NCBI GenBank assembly: GCA_039679385.1
Contig: JBDKVB010000089.1
Coordinates: forward strand, 1-37,181
DNA length: 37,181 nt
Source of the DNA: Armatimonadia bacterium
GTDB lineage: Bacteria > Armatimonadota > Zipacnadia > Zipacnadales > JABUFB01
Direction: 5' to 3'
Under the pieces are notes generated by a model that saw nothing but the letters and a program-made list of their open reading frames with translations, did not search any database and was not told where the DNA came from. Shown piece by piece: positions 8,363-16,929 of the stretch (the first letter of the stretch is position 1; each line of letters opens with the position of its first letter). The position numbers were made by a program, and so were the translations under genes.

Positions 8363-9673
8363 TCAGGCCTCGTCAGTGGCCACGACGAACTCACGCACCC
8401 GAGCCAGTGTCGGTTCATCCACCTGAGCCCTCACAACCACGTGGTCACCCTCGTACCTCGTCTCCAGCAGCTTCCCGTTCCGTCGCGGGAGCTCCAGTAA
8501 GGCCAGGCGATCGTAGGGGATGTGCAGGGTGACGGGCACCAGCCTCGCCGGCAGCATCGCTCGCAGGCGGTCACGGAGCTCGTCCATGCCGTAGCCTGTC
8601 AGCGTGGAGATGGGCACCGCGTCCGGCATGTTCCCTGCCAACTCGGCACGTTGTGCCGGGTCCTCTACCAGATCCCACTTGTTGAGCACCAGGAGCATGG
8701 GCTTCTCCAGGGCCTTCAGCTCGTCCAGAATCTCCCGTGTCGCCCGGTTCTGGCTGTCGGCCCAGGGGTCGCTTGCATCAATCACCTGGACCAGCAGGTC
8801 GGCCTCGAGTGTCTCTTCCAGGGTGGCTTTGAAGGCCTGCAGTAGCTTCTTGGGCAGGTCGTGGATGAACCCGACGGTATCTGCGACAAGGGCCTCGGTG
8901 TTGTCGCCGAGTTCGACCTTGCGCACGGTCGTATCGAGGGTCTCGAAGAGGCGGTCGTGGGCTGTGACCTCCTCGCTACCGCAGAGGGCGTTGAGCAGAG
9001 AGGACTTGCCGGCGTTGGTGTAGCCGATGAGGCTGATCACCGGGAGATGGCTGTCGAGACGTTGCTCGCGCTCGACGTCTCGGCGCCCTTCGAGATCGCC
9101 GAGCACACGACGGAGTTTCGCGATTCGCTCGCGCAGGCGCCTGCGGTCAGTCTCGAGCTTGGTCTCCCCAGGGCCGCGCACTCCCACGCCGCCGGCTCCA
9201 CCGCGTGCGGCGATCCGGTCCATCATTCTCCCGCGTCCGGTGAGGCGTGGGAGGAGGTAGGATAGCTGGGCCAGCTCGACCTGAAGCTTGCCGGCTCGTG
9301 AGTGGGCGTGTTGGGCGAAGATGTCCAGGATCAGTTCGGTACGGTCGAGGATCTTGCGGTCCTCGAACTGGTCGACGAGGTTGCGTACCTGCGCCGGGCT
9401 CAGCTCGGCATCGAACAGGATGATCTCGGCCCCGGTCGAGGCCACCTCTGCTTTGAGCTCCTCGATCTTGCCCTTCCCCACGAAGTGACGCAGGTCGGGG
9501 TGCTCCCGATTCTGTACGAGGACCCCGACAGGAGCTGCCCCGGCGGCCCGGGCCAGGTCGATGAGTTCCTGCATGGAGCGCCGGCCCTCTCCTCGCAGCT
9601 TGTCAATCCCGACGAGGACCGCACGCTCACGTTCCATCCCCGGTTCTCGTTCCAGGCCTACATAGATCTCCAA
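8363..9673 (-). CDS. hflX: GTPase HflX.
   Basis: HflX N-domain plus G-domain motifs (GYTNAGKSSLLNAL, DTVGFI, NKWD). TTG start at 9673 preceded by a GGAGGA RBS 8 nt upstream. Alternative ATG at 9637. A GC hairpin at 8308-8332 lies just downstream of the stop. Confidence 0.88.
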   Translation of the reverse strand: MEIYVGLEREPGMERERAVLVGIDKLRGEGRRSMQELIDLARAAGAAPVGVLVQNREHPDLRHFVGKGKIEELKAEVASTGAEIILFDAELSPAQVRNLVDQFEDRKILDRTELILDIFAQHAHSRAGKLQVELAQLSYLLPRLTGRGRMMDRIAARGGAGGVGVRGPGETKLETDRRRLRERIAKLRRVLGDLEGRRDVEREQRLDSHLPVISLIGYTNAGKSSLLNALCGSEEVTAHDRLFETLDTTVRKVELGDNTEALVADTVGFIHDLPKKLLQAFKATLEETLEADLLVQVIDASDPWADSQNRATREILDELKALEKPMLLVLNKWDLVEDPAQRAELAGNMPDAVPISTLTGYGMDELRDRLRAMLPARLVPVTLHIPYDRLALLELPRRNGKLLETRYEGDHVVVRAQVDEPTLARVREFVVATDEA

Positions 9674-10222
9674 AGCGATGTCCTCCTCGTACTCCGGTGC
9701 CCAGAAGGGCCGTTCCTGGTAGCTACGCTACCTCTTCAGTATAGACACTGGTGGGGTCGATGTGCAAAGGAGAGGCAGTCAGAATCGGGCACAGCCGGTC
9801 TTGCTATTGATCTCAAGATTATGTATGCTTGTTCAAGATAAACTAGAACGGCATAGCTTGCCGCAGCTTGTACCCTTTGAACCCGCCATCAACACAGGGC
9901 AGGGCCGTCGGTGCCTAGGGTTCACGTGTCGGTGCGCAGGCAGGCCTTCGGGGGGGGACACAGCACACCACGAAGCTACCCCACGCCGCGCCTGGAATCC
10001 CCTGAGTCACAGGTCGGCCCTCGGGACGTACTGTCGCAGCGACGCCAGGGCTTTGGAAGGAAGACTCCCTGCGACCCTCACTGTGGGCAGGTCTCCCTCA
10101 TCGCAGCCTATCGTCCACAGGCGGCTTGTAGCTCGCTGGACCGGGGGTCGCATTCCACAACAGGTGATGGACAGACGGAAGAGAGGACGACGCTCCACGC
10201 AGGTCTCCTGTCCTTGGTAGCG

Positions 10223-11038
10223 ATGATCGGCCTCGCTGCCGCGATTGGTGGTGTCGACCATCAACTCGCGCGGCGGGGCTTTCAGGCTGCGGCCCTTCGG
10301 GAGTTCCTCGCCGTCTCGCCTGACCGACTGACCACGGAACTCGACCCGCGCGCCGATTCGCAGGCAGACCGCGAGGGCCTGCAGAGGCTTCAGGTGGACG
10401 TCAGCAGCCCGAAGGCTCGTGGCGAAAAGCAGCGCGTGTACGTGACTCTGGACCCTTCGCGACGCTACGTGTGCAGGGCGCACTGGGTTCACAAGGTGGT
10501 TGCCGACAAGGCCGGTCCTCTGAGCCAGGAACGGCTACAGTCTCTCGCCGAAGGCTTCGCCAGTAGCCACTCTCTGTTCGTCGGGGCTCAGACGCGGCTG
10601 CTGACGGCCAAGCCGGCTCAGGAAGCCGGTCCGGGCGCCTACACTTTCACCTGGGAACTGACCATGCCGCCCCGGGGCCCACGCATCGGCCAGGCACGGG
10701 TCACACTGTCGCCTGTCGACGGGGCACCGCTGCACGCAGAGTTCACCATCCACGACCCCTCCCTGCTGGCACGCTTCACGATCAGTCGCACTGAGGCCCT
10801 CCGGCTCGCGATCGGCGCTTTGCCTCCCCGGTACCAGCGTGGGTCGGTAGCTTTGCGAGGCGTTTCGGTGGTCAACACCGCCGCAGCGGGCAAGCCCGCA
10901 ACACCTGCCTGGCGCTTCCTTTTCGAGGAGGGGTCGAGACCGGAGTATCCGGCCTCGGCGGCAACCCTCTACACGGTGCTGGTGGATGGTGACTCCGGTA
11001 GTGCCCAGTTGGAATCGACCTCAACACAGGCGCGCTGA
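10223..11038 (+). CDS. Hypothetical protein with uncertain start. The ORF is open from 9911, but the region from 9911 to about 10190 looks non-coding.
   Basis: Possible N-terminal TM segment (LHAGLLSLVAMIGLAAAIGGV) around the first in-frame ATG. The upstream translation is Arg/Cys/Pro-rich and unlike real protein. No recognisable family. Confidence 0.4.
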   Translation: MIGLAAAIGGVDHQLARRGFQAAALREFLAVSPDRLTTELDPRADSQADREGLQRLQVDVSSPKARGEKQRVYVTLDPSRRYVCRAHWVHKVVADKAGPLSQERLQSLAEGFASSHSLFVGAQTRLLTAKPAQEAGPGAYTFTWELTMPPRGPRIGQARVTLSPVDGAPLHAEFTIHDPSLLARFTISRTEALRLAIGALPPRYQRGSVALRGVSVVNTAAAGKPATPAWRFLFEEGSRPEYPASAATLYTVLVDGDSGSAQLESTSTQAR

Positions 11039-11210
11039 GGCGCCTGCTCCGCTGCAGAAGCGTCCCTCCAGGACGACCCGGGATTGCCGGATCTTCGGCC
11101 CTCTGGGGGACCGCCCAAGGGTTGCGCCGGGCCTGGGATACTGGTATACTTTGACCGGTTGCAGGCCGGCTCTTCGGCCTATCACGTGGCTGGCGTAAGG
11201 ACCTTGAGAC

Positions 11211-12302
11211 GTGCATAAGTTTGCGTTCATCATCCATCCCCTGGACGTGCGGGACGTTGCCCGCAAGTACCGGTATGCCGCACACCTGCCCGGCGCGCTT
11301 GTCGAGGCAAGTCTACACGTCATACCGCCCAAGCTGGTTAGTCACATCACCGGGATTCGGTCGGCCACCGGCGCAGAGACCGAGGGCTGGTTCGTTGCGT
11401 GCCCGCTCACCTCTCGGCAGTTCAGGGACGGCAACGCGGCTAAGGCCATCAACAAGATCGTCGAGGCCGGCAAGATAGCCCAGGACCTGGGTGCTGAGAT
11501 TGTCGGACTGGGCGCCTTCACGTCGATTGTGGGCGACGCCGGGATCACCGTGGCAGAGCGGCTCGACATCGCCGTCACGACCGGCAACAGCTACACCGTA
11601 GCTACCGCGCTCGAGGGCTCGCTGCTTGCGGCTCGCCAACTGGGGCAAGATCCGGCGCAGTGCACTGCCGCCATTTTGGGCGCAACCGGATCGATCGGTC
11701 GCGTGGCAGCCAAGATGCTGGGGCCCCAGGTCGCCCGTCTCATACTAAATGCTCGCAGCGCAAAGCCCCTGCAGGCACTTGCTGACGAACTGGCCGCCGA
11801 GGACATCCAAGCCGAGGCGCAGACCGACATCAACGCGGCGCTCGTGGATGCAGACATCGTGGTCGCCGTCACCTCTTCGGTCGAGGCCATCGTCCTGCCG
11901 GAGATGCTCAAGATCGGCGCTGTGGTATGCGACGTGGCCCGTCCGCGCGATGTGTCGGTCAAGGTGGCCCAGGAGCGCGACGATGTGCTGGTCATCGAGG
12001 GCGGTGCTGTGGCGGTCCCCGGCGACGTGGACTTCCACTTCAACTTCGGGTTCCCGCCCAAAGAGTCCTACGCCTGCATGGCTGAGACCATGATCCTCGC
12101 GCTTGAGGGCAAATGCGAGGACTACTCGCTGGGACGCGACATCAAGTGCGAGCAGGTTACGGAGATCGCCGAACTCGGCCGCAAGCACGGGTTCAAGCTT
12201 GCCGGCTTCCGCTCCTTCGAGCACCGCGTGAGCGATGAGGATATCCAGCGAGTGCGGGACAAGCTCCACGCTGCGCAGCGCCTACACAGTATCACCGCCT
12301 GA
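11211..12302 (+). CDS. Acyl-ACP reductase (AAR)-family NAD(P)-dependent oxidoreductase homolog.
   Basis: GTG start. Collinear similarity to cyanobacterial AAR over its full length: GLGAFTSIV~ALGGFTSII, TTGNSYTVA~TTGNTHTAY, AILGATGSIGRVAAKML~AVVGATGDIGSAVCRWL, YACMAETMILALEG~FACFAEAMLLEFEG, LGRD~WGRN, RKHGF~VRHGF. Confidence 0.75.
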   Translation: MHKFAFIIHPLDVRDVARKYRYAAHLPGALVEASLHVIPPKLVSHITGIRSATGAETEGWFVACPLTSRQFRDGNAAKAINKIVEAGKIAQDLGAEIVGLGAFTSIVGDAGITVAERLDIAVTTGNSYTVATALEGSLLAARQLGQDPAQCTAAILGATGSIGRVAAKMLGPQVARLILNARSAKPLQALADELAAEDIQAEAQTDINAALVDADIVVAVTSSVEAIVLPEMLKIGAVVCDVARPRDVSVKVAQERDDVLVIEGGAVAVPGDVDFHFNFGFPPKESYACMAETMILALEGKCEDYSLGRDIKCEQVTEIAELGRKHGFKLAGFRSFEHRVSDEDIQRVRDKLHAAQRLHSITA

Positions 12303-12419
12303 GGACACGCTCACGGTTGCGGCCGGCGAGTTCTCCGGTTGGCCGCACACATACCCGAACCAGATACGGCAGGGGTATAGCCCCTGCCTACGTCTTTGAC
12401 TTGGAAGGACTGCAGCGGA

Positions 12420-13892
12420 ATGTTGCCTGAAGAGCTTACCCAGGAGGAGCAGCGGCTGCAAAAGCTGCTCGCGCTCCAGGAGGCCGGTCGCGACCCCTTC
12501 GCGATTCACCGTTACGAGCGCACCCATCTGGCCCAGGAGGCAGTGGCCGCCTACGAGGAGCCGGGCGGACAGAAGGTCTGCGTCTGCGGTCGCCTGATGA
12601 CCCGGCGCGCTCATGGGAAGTCGACCTTCGCGGACCTGGTTGACCAGTCGGGCAAGATCCAGCTTTACGCAAAGCTGGACGACCTGGGAGCCGAGGGCTA
12701 TGAGGCCTTCAAGGACCTGGACATCGGCGACATCCTCGGCGTTCGCGGCGAGTTGTTCCTGACGCGGACGGGCGAGGTTACGGTCAAGGTCAGCGAGTTC
12801 ACGCTGCTGTCCAAGTCGCTGCGACCACTGCCCGAAAAGTGGCATGGTCTGCAGGACACCGAGGCGCGCTATCGCCAGCGCTACCTCGACCTGATCATGA
12901 ATCCCGAGTCGCGCGAGGTGTTCGAGAAGCGGGCACGGATGACCCAGGCCGTGCGTGACCTGCTGTGCTCACGGGGCTTTCACGAGGTTGAGACGCCGGT
13001 CCTGCAGCCCCTCTATGGCGGCGCGAATGCTCGGCCCTTCACCACGCACCACAACGCTCTGGACATGACCCTGTACATGCGCATCGCTCCGGAGCTGTAT
13101 CTGAAGCGGCTCGTGGTCGGCGGCATGGAGCGCGTCTTCGAGATCGGCAAGCTGTTCCGCAACGAGGGCATCGACACCCGGCACAACCCGGAGTTCACGA
13201 GCCTTGAGGCCTACCAGGCCTATGCGGACTACGAGGACATGATGGACCTGGTGGAGCAGCTTGTGTGCGCCATGGCCCAGTCCGCCAACGGGAGCCTGGA
13301 GATCACCTACGGTGAGTATGAGATCGACCTGACGCCGCCCTGGCGCAGGATCGGGCTGTATGAGTCGATTCGCGAGGCAGCCGGTGTCGACTTCTCGCAG
13401 ATTGAGACGGATGAGGCGGCCCGCGAGGCCTGCAAGGATCTCGACGTGGGCAACGTAAGCGATCAGACGCTGGCAGGGCTGCTGGACAGGGTCTTCGACC
13501 GATACGTGCAGCCTACGCTCATTCAGCCCACCTTTGTGGTGGACTACCCGGTCGCGATTTCGCCGCTGGCCAAGCGCAAGGCTGGTGACCCCGAACTGAC
13601 CGCTCGTTTCGAGCCTTTCATCGGCGGGGCCGAGGTCGGGAACGCTTTCAGTGAGTTGAACGACCCGCTGGATCAGCAGCGTCGGTTTGAAGCACAGGTC
13701 GAGGCACGGCGTGTGGGAGACGAGGAGGCACATCCGCTGGACGAGGACTTCGTGCGGGCGCTGGAGTATGGCCTGCCGCCGACCGGTGGTCTGGGGCTGG
13801 GCATTGACCGCCTCGCCATGCTGATCTGCAACCGCCAGTCCATTCGCGAAGTCATTCTGTTCCCGGTGATGAAGCCTTCGCAGGACGAGTAG
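12420..13892 (+). CDS. lysS: Lysyl-tRNA synthetase, class II.
   Basis: ATG at 12420 with a GGAAGGA RBS; the ORF track begins at an upstream TTG at 12396. OB anticodon-binding domain plus class II motifs (FRNEG, GGxGxGIDR). Confidence 0.92.
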   Translation: MLPEELTQEEQRLQKLLALQEAGRDPFAIHRYERTHLAQEAVAAYEEPGGQKVCVCGRLMTRRAHGKSTFADLVDQSGKIQLYAKLDDLGAEGYEAFKDLDIGDILGVRGELFLTRTGEVTVKVSEFTLLSKSLRPLPEKWHGLQDTEARYRQRYLDLIMNPESREVFEKRARMTQAVRDLLCSRGFHEVETPVLQPLYGGANARPFTTHHNALDMTLYMRIAPELYLKRLVVGGMERVFEIGKLFRNEGIDTRHNPEFTSLEAYQAYADYEDMMDLVEQLVCAMAQSANGSLEITYGEYEIDLTPPWRRIGLYESIREAAGVDFSQIETDEAAREACKDLDVGNVSDQTLAGLLDRVFDRYVQPTLIQPTFVVDYPVAISPLAKRKAGDPELTARFEPFIGGAEVGNAFSELNDPLDQQRRFEAQVEARRVGDEEAHPLDEDFVRALEYGLPPTGGLGLGIDRLAMLICNRQSIREVILFPVMKPSQDE

Positions 13893-13949
13893 CCCTCGCG
13901 GGCTCGCGTCCAGCCGCTGCACTCGCCTTCCTAAGCTGGGGGCATTGCT

Positions 13950-14876
13950 ATGAAGACACTCGCGGCCATTCTCAAGACGATGCGCCCCAAGCAGTGGACG
14001 AAGAACCTGCTGCTGTTTGCGGCCTTGCTCTTTGCCAAGCAGTTCACGAATCTGCAGGCGATCGGCCAGGTCGTGATCGCCTTCGCCCTGTTCTGTGTCC
14101 TGTCCGGTACCGTCTACCTGGTGAACGATGTGGTGGACCGCGAGCAGGACCGCAAGCACCCGCGTAAGTGCAAGCGGCCGGTTGCCTCCGGGGCACTATC
14201 TCCCAGGACCGCGATTGCCGCTGCGGTGATCATGGCCCCGCTGAGCATTGCGGGCTGCTTCGCCCTCAACACTGCGACCGGGGTAGTGGCCACCGCCTAT
14301 CTGGGCCTGACCCTTGCTTACCACTTCTGGCTCAAGCACCTGGTGATCCTCGATGCCCTCGCGGTTGCGGGTGGTTTCGTGTTCCGTGCCGTCGCCGGTG
14401 CGGAGGCCATCTCGGTCGTGATCTCCCCCTGGCTGCTCATGTGCACGCTGCTTCTGGCGCTCTTTCTGTCCTTCACCAAGCGTCGACAGGAGATCGTGCT
14501 GCTCGAGGATGATGCCTACGCGACGCGGCAGATCCTCGCCGAGTACACGCCCCACCTGCTAGACCAGATGATCGCCACGGTGACGGCCTGCACGATCATG
14601 TCCTACTGCCTGTACACCATCAGCGAACGGACGGTCCACGAAGTCGGCAGTCGGGACCTACTGCTTACCATCCCCATCGTCATCTACGGCGTCTTCCGCT
14701 ACCTGTACCTGGTACACCGCCATGGTCAGGGCGACGCGCCGGACCAGGTTCTGCTCAATGACATGCCGCTGCTGGTGACGGTCCTGGTCTACGTGCTGGC
14801 CGTTGCGCTGGTCTTCTACCTGGGCGCAGGCGGCCTGGGCGGCCCGATCCTGCCCTCCAACAACGGTAGCTGGTAG
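13950..14876 (+). CDS. UbiA-family prenyltransferase, decaprenyl-phosphate phosphoribosyltransferase (DPPR synthase, Rv3806c-like).
   Basis: RPKQWTKNLLLFAA and YLVNDVVDREQDRKHPRKCKRPVASG closely match the DPPR synthase motifs. Multiple TM helices. Confidence 0.8.
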   Translation: MKTLAAILKTMRPKQWTKNLLLFAALLFAKQFTNLQAIGQVVIAFALFCVLSGTVYLVNDVVDREQDRKHPRKCKRPVASGALSPRTAIAAAVIMAPLSIAGCFALNTATGVVATAYLGLTLAYHFWLKHLVILDALAVAGGFVFRAVAGAEAISVVISPWLLMCTLLLALFLSFTKRRQEIVLLEDDAYATRQILAEYTPHLLDQMIATVTACTIMSYCLYTISERTVHEVGSRDLLLTIPIVIYGVFRYLYLVHRHGQGDAPDQVLLNDMPLLVTVLVYVLAVALVFYLGAGGLGGPILPSNNGSW

Positions 14877-14988
14877 CGCCTTCGAGTCCGATGCAGAGTG
14901 TAAACGAAAGGTAACCTCAAGTATAACTCATGTTTTGGAAGGATATAACAGACCTGGGGTAGGCATCGGAGGGAAAGGAAGGGTCTGT

Positions 14989-15180
14989 ATGCTTGAGCGA
15001 CTGCGTCTGGCTCTGCTCGACGAAGAAGGTGCGACAGGTGGCGGCTGGGCCCTGGTACTCGGGTTGCTAACCCTCGCCGGAGCCTTGTGGCTCTACCAGC
15101 TTGGCGGTGTAGGCGGGCTCAATAGCGCTCTGGGCTACATCAGCGTTCGCGTCCGAGAGATCGCCCACATGGGGCCCTAG
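14989..15180 (+). CDS. Candidate small membrane protein (63 aa).
   Basis: ATG preceded by a GGAAAGGAAGGG RBS-like sequence. One predicted TM helix (WALVLGLLTLAGALWLYQLGG). Sits just after an unusually AT-rich patch (14900-14960). The track lists a longer ORF from 14803 that overlaps the UbiA gene. Confidence 0.3.
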   Translation: MLERLRLALLDEEGATGGGWALVLGLLTLAGALWLYQLGGVGGLNSALGYISVRVREIAHMGP

Positions 15181-15250
15181 GCTCCTCGGCCGGTCCCGCA
15201 GGGAGATTGTGGGCACATACGCAGCCCCTGTCCTGACCGAGAGGGGTTCT

Positions 15251-15305
15251 GGAAGCACTGCCTCCCGAGGCGCTCTGGGAGTGCGGTGCTTCCCTGGTTC
15301 TTGAG
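15251..15305 (+). terminator. Possible terminator: long GC hairpin followed by a T-rich tract.
   Basis: ggaagcac...gtgcttcc outer stem with an inner ctccc/gggag stem, followed by ctggttcttg. Confidence 0.35.
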
Positions 15306-15315
15306 CCTGTTCCGC

Positions 15316-15344
15316 TTGACAAAACACGGCAAGCAGGGACAATA
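15316..15344 (+). promoter_or_regulatory. Candidate promoter for the MttB-family gene.
   Basis: TTGACA (15316-15321), 17-nt spacer, ACAATA -10-like hexamer. Confidence 0.35.
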
Positions 15345-15399
15345 GACCACACCACGCCAAGACCGGGTCGCAGTCTGGCCCGCAGATCGGGGGGCGCCA

Positions 15400-16809
15400 G
15401 TGTTCCCGTTGGCCACAAACGACCTGGAGCAGATCAACTCCGCTTCGCTTCGAATCCTCGAGACCACGGGCGTCCGCCTTGGTCTCCCCTCCGTCTTGGA
15501 GGCGATGAAGCGCCGGGGTTGCCGTGAGGGCTCCGAGGCCGACGTCGTGCGTATCCCCCGTGAACTTGTTGCCGAGTGCGTTTCCTCGGCACCCAGAGCG
15601 GTCAAGCTCTCCGACATGGGCGGCCGGGACGTCCTGGCTCAGCCCGGCGGCGAGACCCTCTTCTGGACCTGCAACGCCCTATACATCGCCAACAGCCGCC
15701 GCGTAAGGCCCATCACTGAGCACGACTTCATCAACTGGGTTCGCGTAACCGATCAGTTGGAGCACGTCCACGCGGCCGTTTCCCCGAGCATCGCCGACCA
15801 CCCGCCACAGACTCGCGATTTCGTCGGTTTCCGGCTTCTGGCGGAGAATACCACCAAGCACTTCCGTCCCTGCATCTACACCCCCGACGGCGCCCTTGCC
15901 ATCATGGAGATGGCGCAGGTGCTACTCGGCTCTACCTCCCTGGCCGAGCGGCCGATCGTCAGCTTCGGCTACACGGTCACGAGCCCTCTCTCCTGGGGCG
16001 TGCCGGCCCTCGAGCTGTTCGAGAAGACCTCCGGCCACGGCGTTCCGATGATGCTCAACGCAGAGCCGACCGCGGGAGCTACCTCACCGGTTACCCTGGC
16101 CGGTGCACTGGCCCTGGCGAATGCCGAGGCGCTCAGCGGCGTCGTCATCACACAGACCCTCGAACCGGGTCGCCCTGTCATCTTCAACCTGGGCTTCGCG
16201 CACACGATGGACATGCGCAACGCTGTGACCCGTACCGGTGGGCCTGAGAATGGTCTCCTAGGCGCTGCCGGTGCCCAGCTTGCGGCCTTCCATGGCCTGC
16301 CCAGTGCGGCCTGGGCCAGCACTGAGAGTATGACCACGGACCAGCAGGCCTCGGCCGAGTTCGCCACGGTCGCCCTCGCGCAAGCAACCGCCCATACCAA
16401 CATCATCTGGGGTGTTGGCCAGCTCGAGTCGCAGCGCACCATCTCGCTGGCGCAGGGCGTCATTGACAACGAGATCGCCGGAAGCATCCTCCGCCTCCAG
16501 CGCGGCATTCGGGTCGATGCGGAGAGCATCGCCGAGGCCGTCATCACGGAACTCGCCCACAAGGCCGACTACCTCAGCCACGACCACACGCTGGCCCACT
16601 TCCGGGAGGAGCTGTACCGGCCGGAGCTGTTCTACTCGGGACGTCGCGATGCCTGGGAGAACGGCGGGGCCCTCACCGCCTACGACCGGGCCTGCGAGCG
16701 TGTCTGCCAGATCCTCTCAGCTCCGCACCGTCCCAAGATCACCGACGAGGTTGCCAGAGAGCTACGAGGTATCGAGGCTGCCTGGTGCGAACGACTCGGT
16801 GCCGTCTAG
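15400..16809 (+). CDS. MttB-superfamily methyltransferase, non-pyrrolysine member (glycine betaine / quaternary amine methyltransferase-like).
   Basis: 469-aa uninterrupted ORF with no in-frame amber codon. Family-typical N-terminus (LEQINSASLRILETTGV). GTG start with a G-rich RBS. Confidence 0.8.
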   Translation: MFPLATNDLEQINSASLRILETTGVRLGLPSVLEAMKRRGCREGSEADVVRIPRELVAECVSSAPRAVKLSDMGGRDVLAQPGGETLFWTCNALYIANSRRVRPITEHDFINWVRVTDQLEHVHAAVSPSIADHPPQTRDFVGFRLLAENTTKHFRPCIYTPDGALAIMEMAQVLLGSTSLAERPIVSFGYTVTSPLSWGVPALELFEKTSGHGVPMMLNAEPTAGATSPVTLAGALALANAEALSGVVITQTLEPGRPVIFNLGFAHTMDMRNAVTRTGGPENGLLGAAGAQLAAFHGLPSAAWASTESMTTDQQASAEFATVALAQATAHTNIIWGVGQLESQRTISLAQGVIDNEIAGSILRLQRGIRVDAESIAEAVITELAHKADYLSHDHTLAHFREELYRPELFYSGRRDAWENGGALTAYDRACERVCQILSAPHRPKITDEVARELRGIEAAWCERLGAV

Positions 16810-16844
16810 CCGGGAGGTGTCCGCCTCTGGCTTGCGGACGTCGT

Positions 16845-16882
16845 GGCGCCGCGGACCCTCCAGCGGTGCCTGCCTTTGTTCT
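16845..16882 (+). terminator. Possible terminator or attenuator after the MttB-family gene.
   Basis: 8-bp stem ggcgccgc / gcggtgcc (one G-U pair), followed by tgcctttgttct. Confidence 0.3.
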
Positions 16883-16929
16883 CCCCGTCCTGCGCTCTTC
16901 ATCTCCTCCGGCTCAGAAGGGGGCCCCAT

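Noticed and set aside
9762-10220. 152-aa + ORF, and the 9911-10220 upstream part of the hypothetical gene.
   Set aside because: Translation is Arg/Cys/Pro-rich with no RBS. More likely intergenic/leader sequence.
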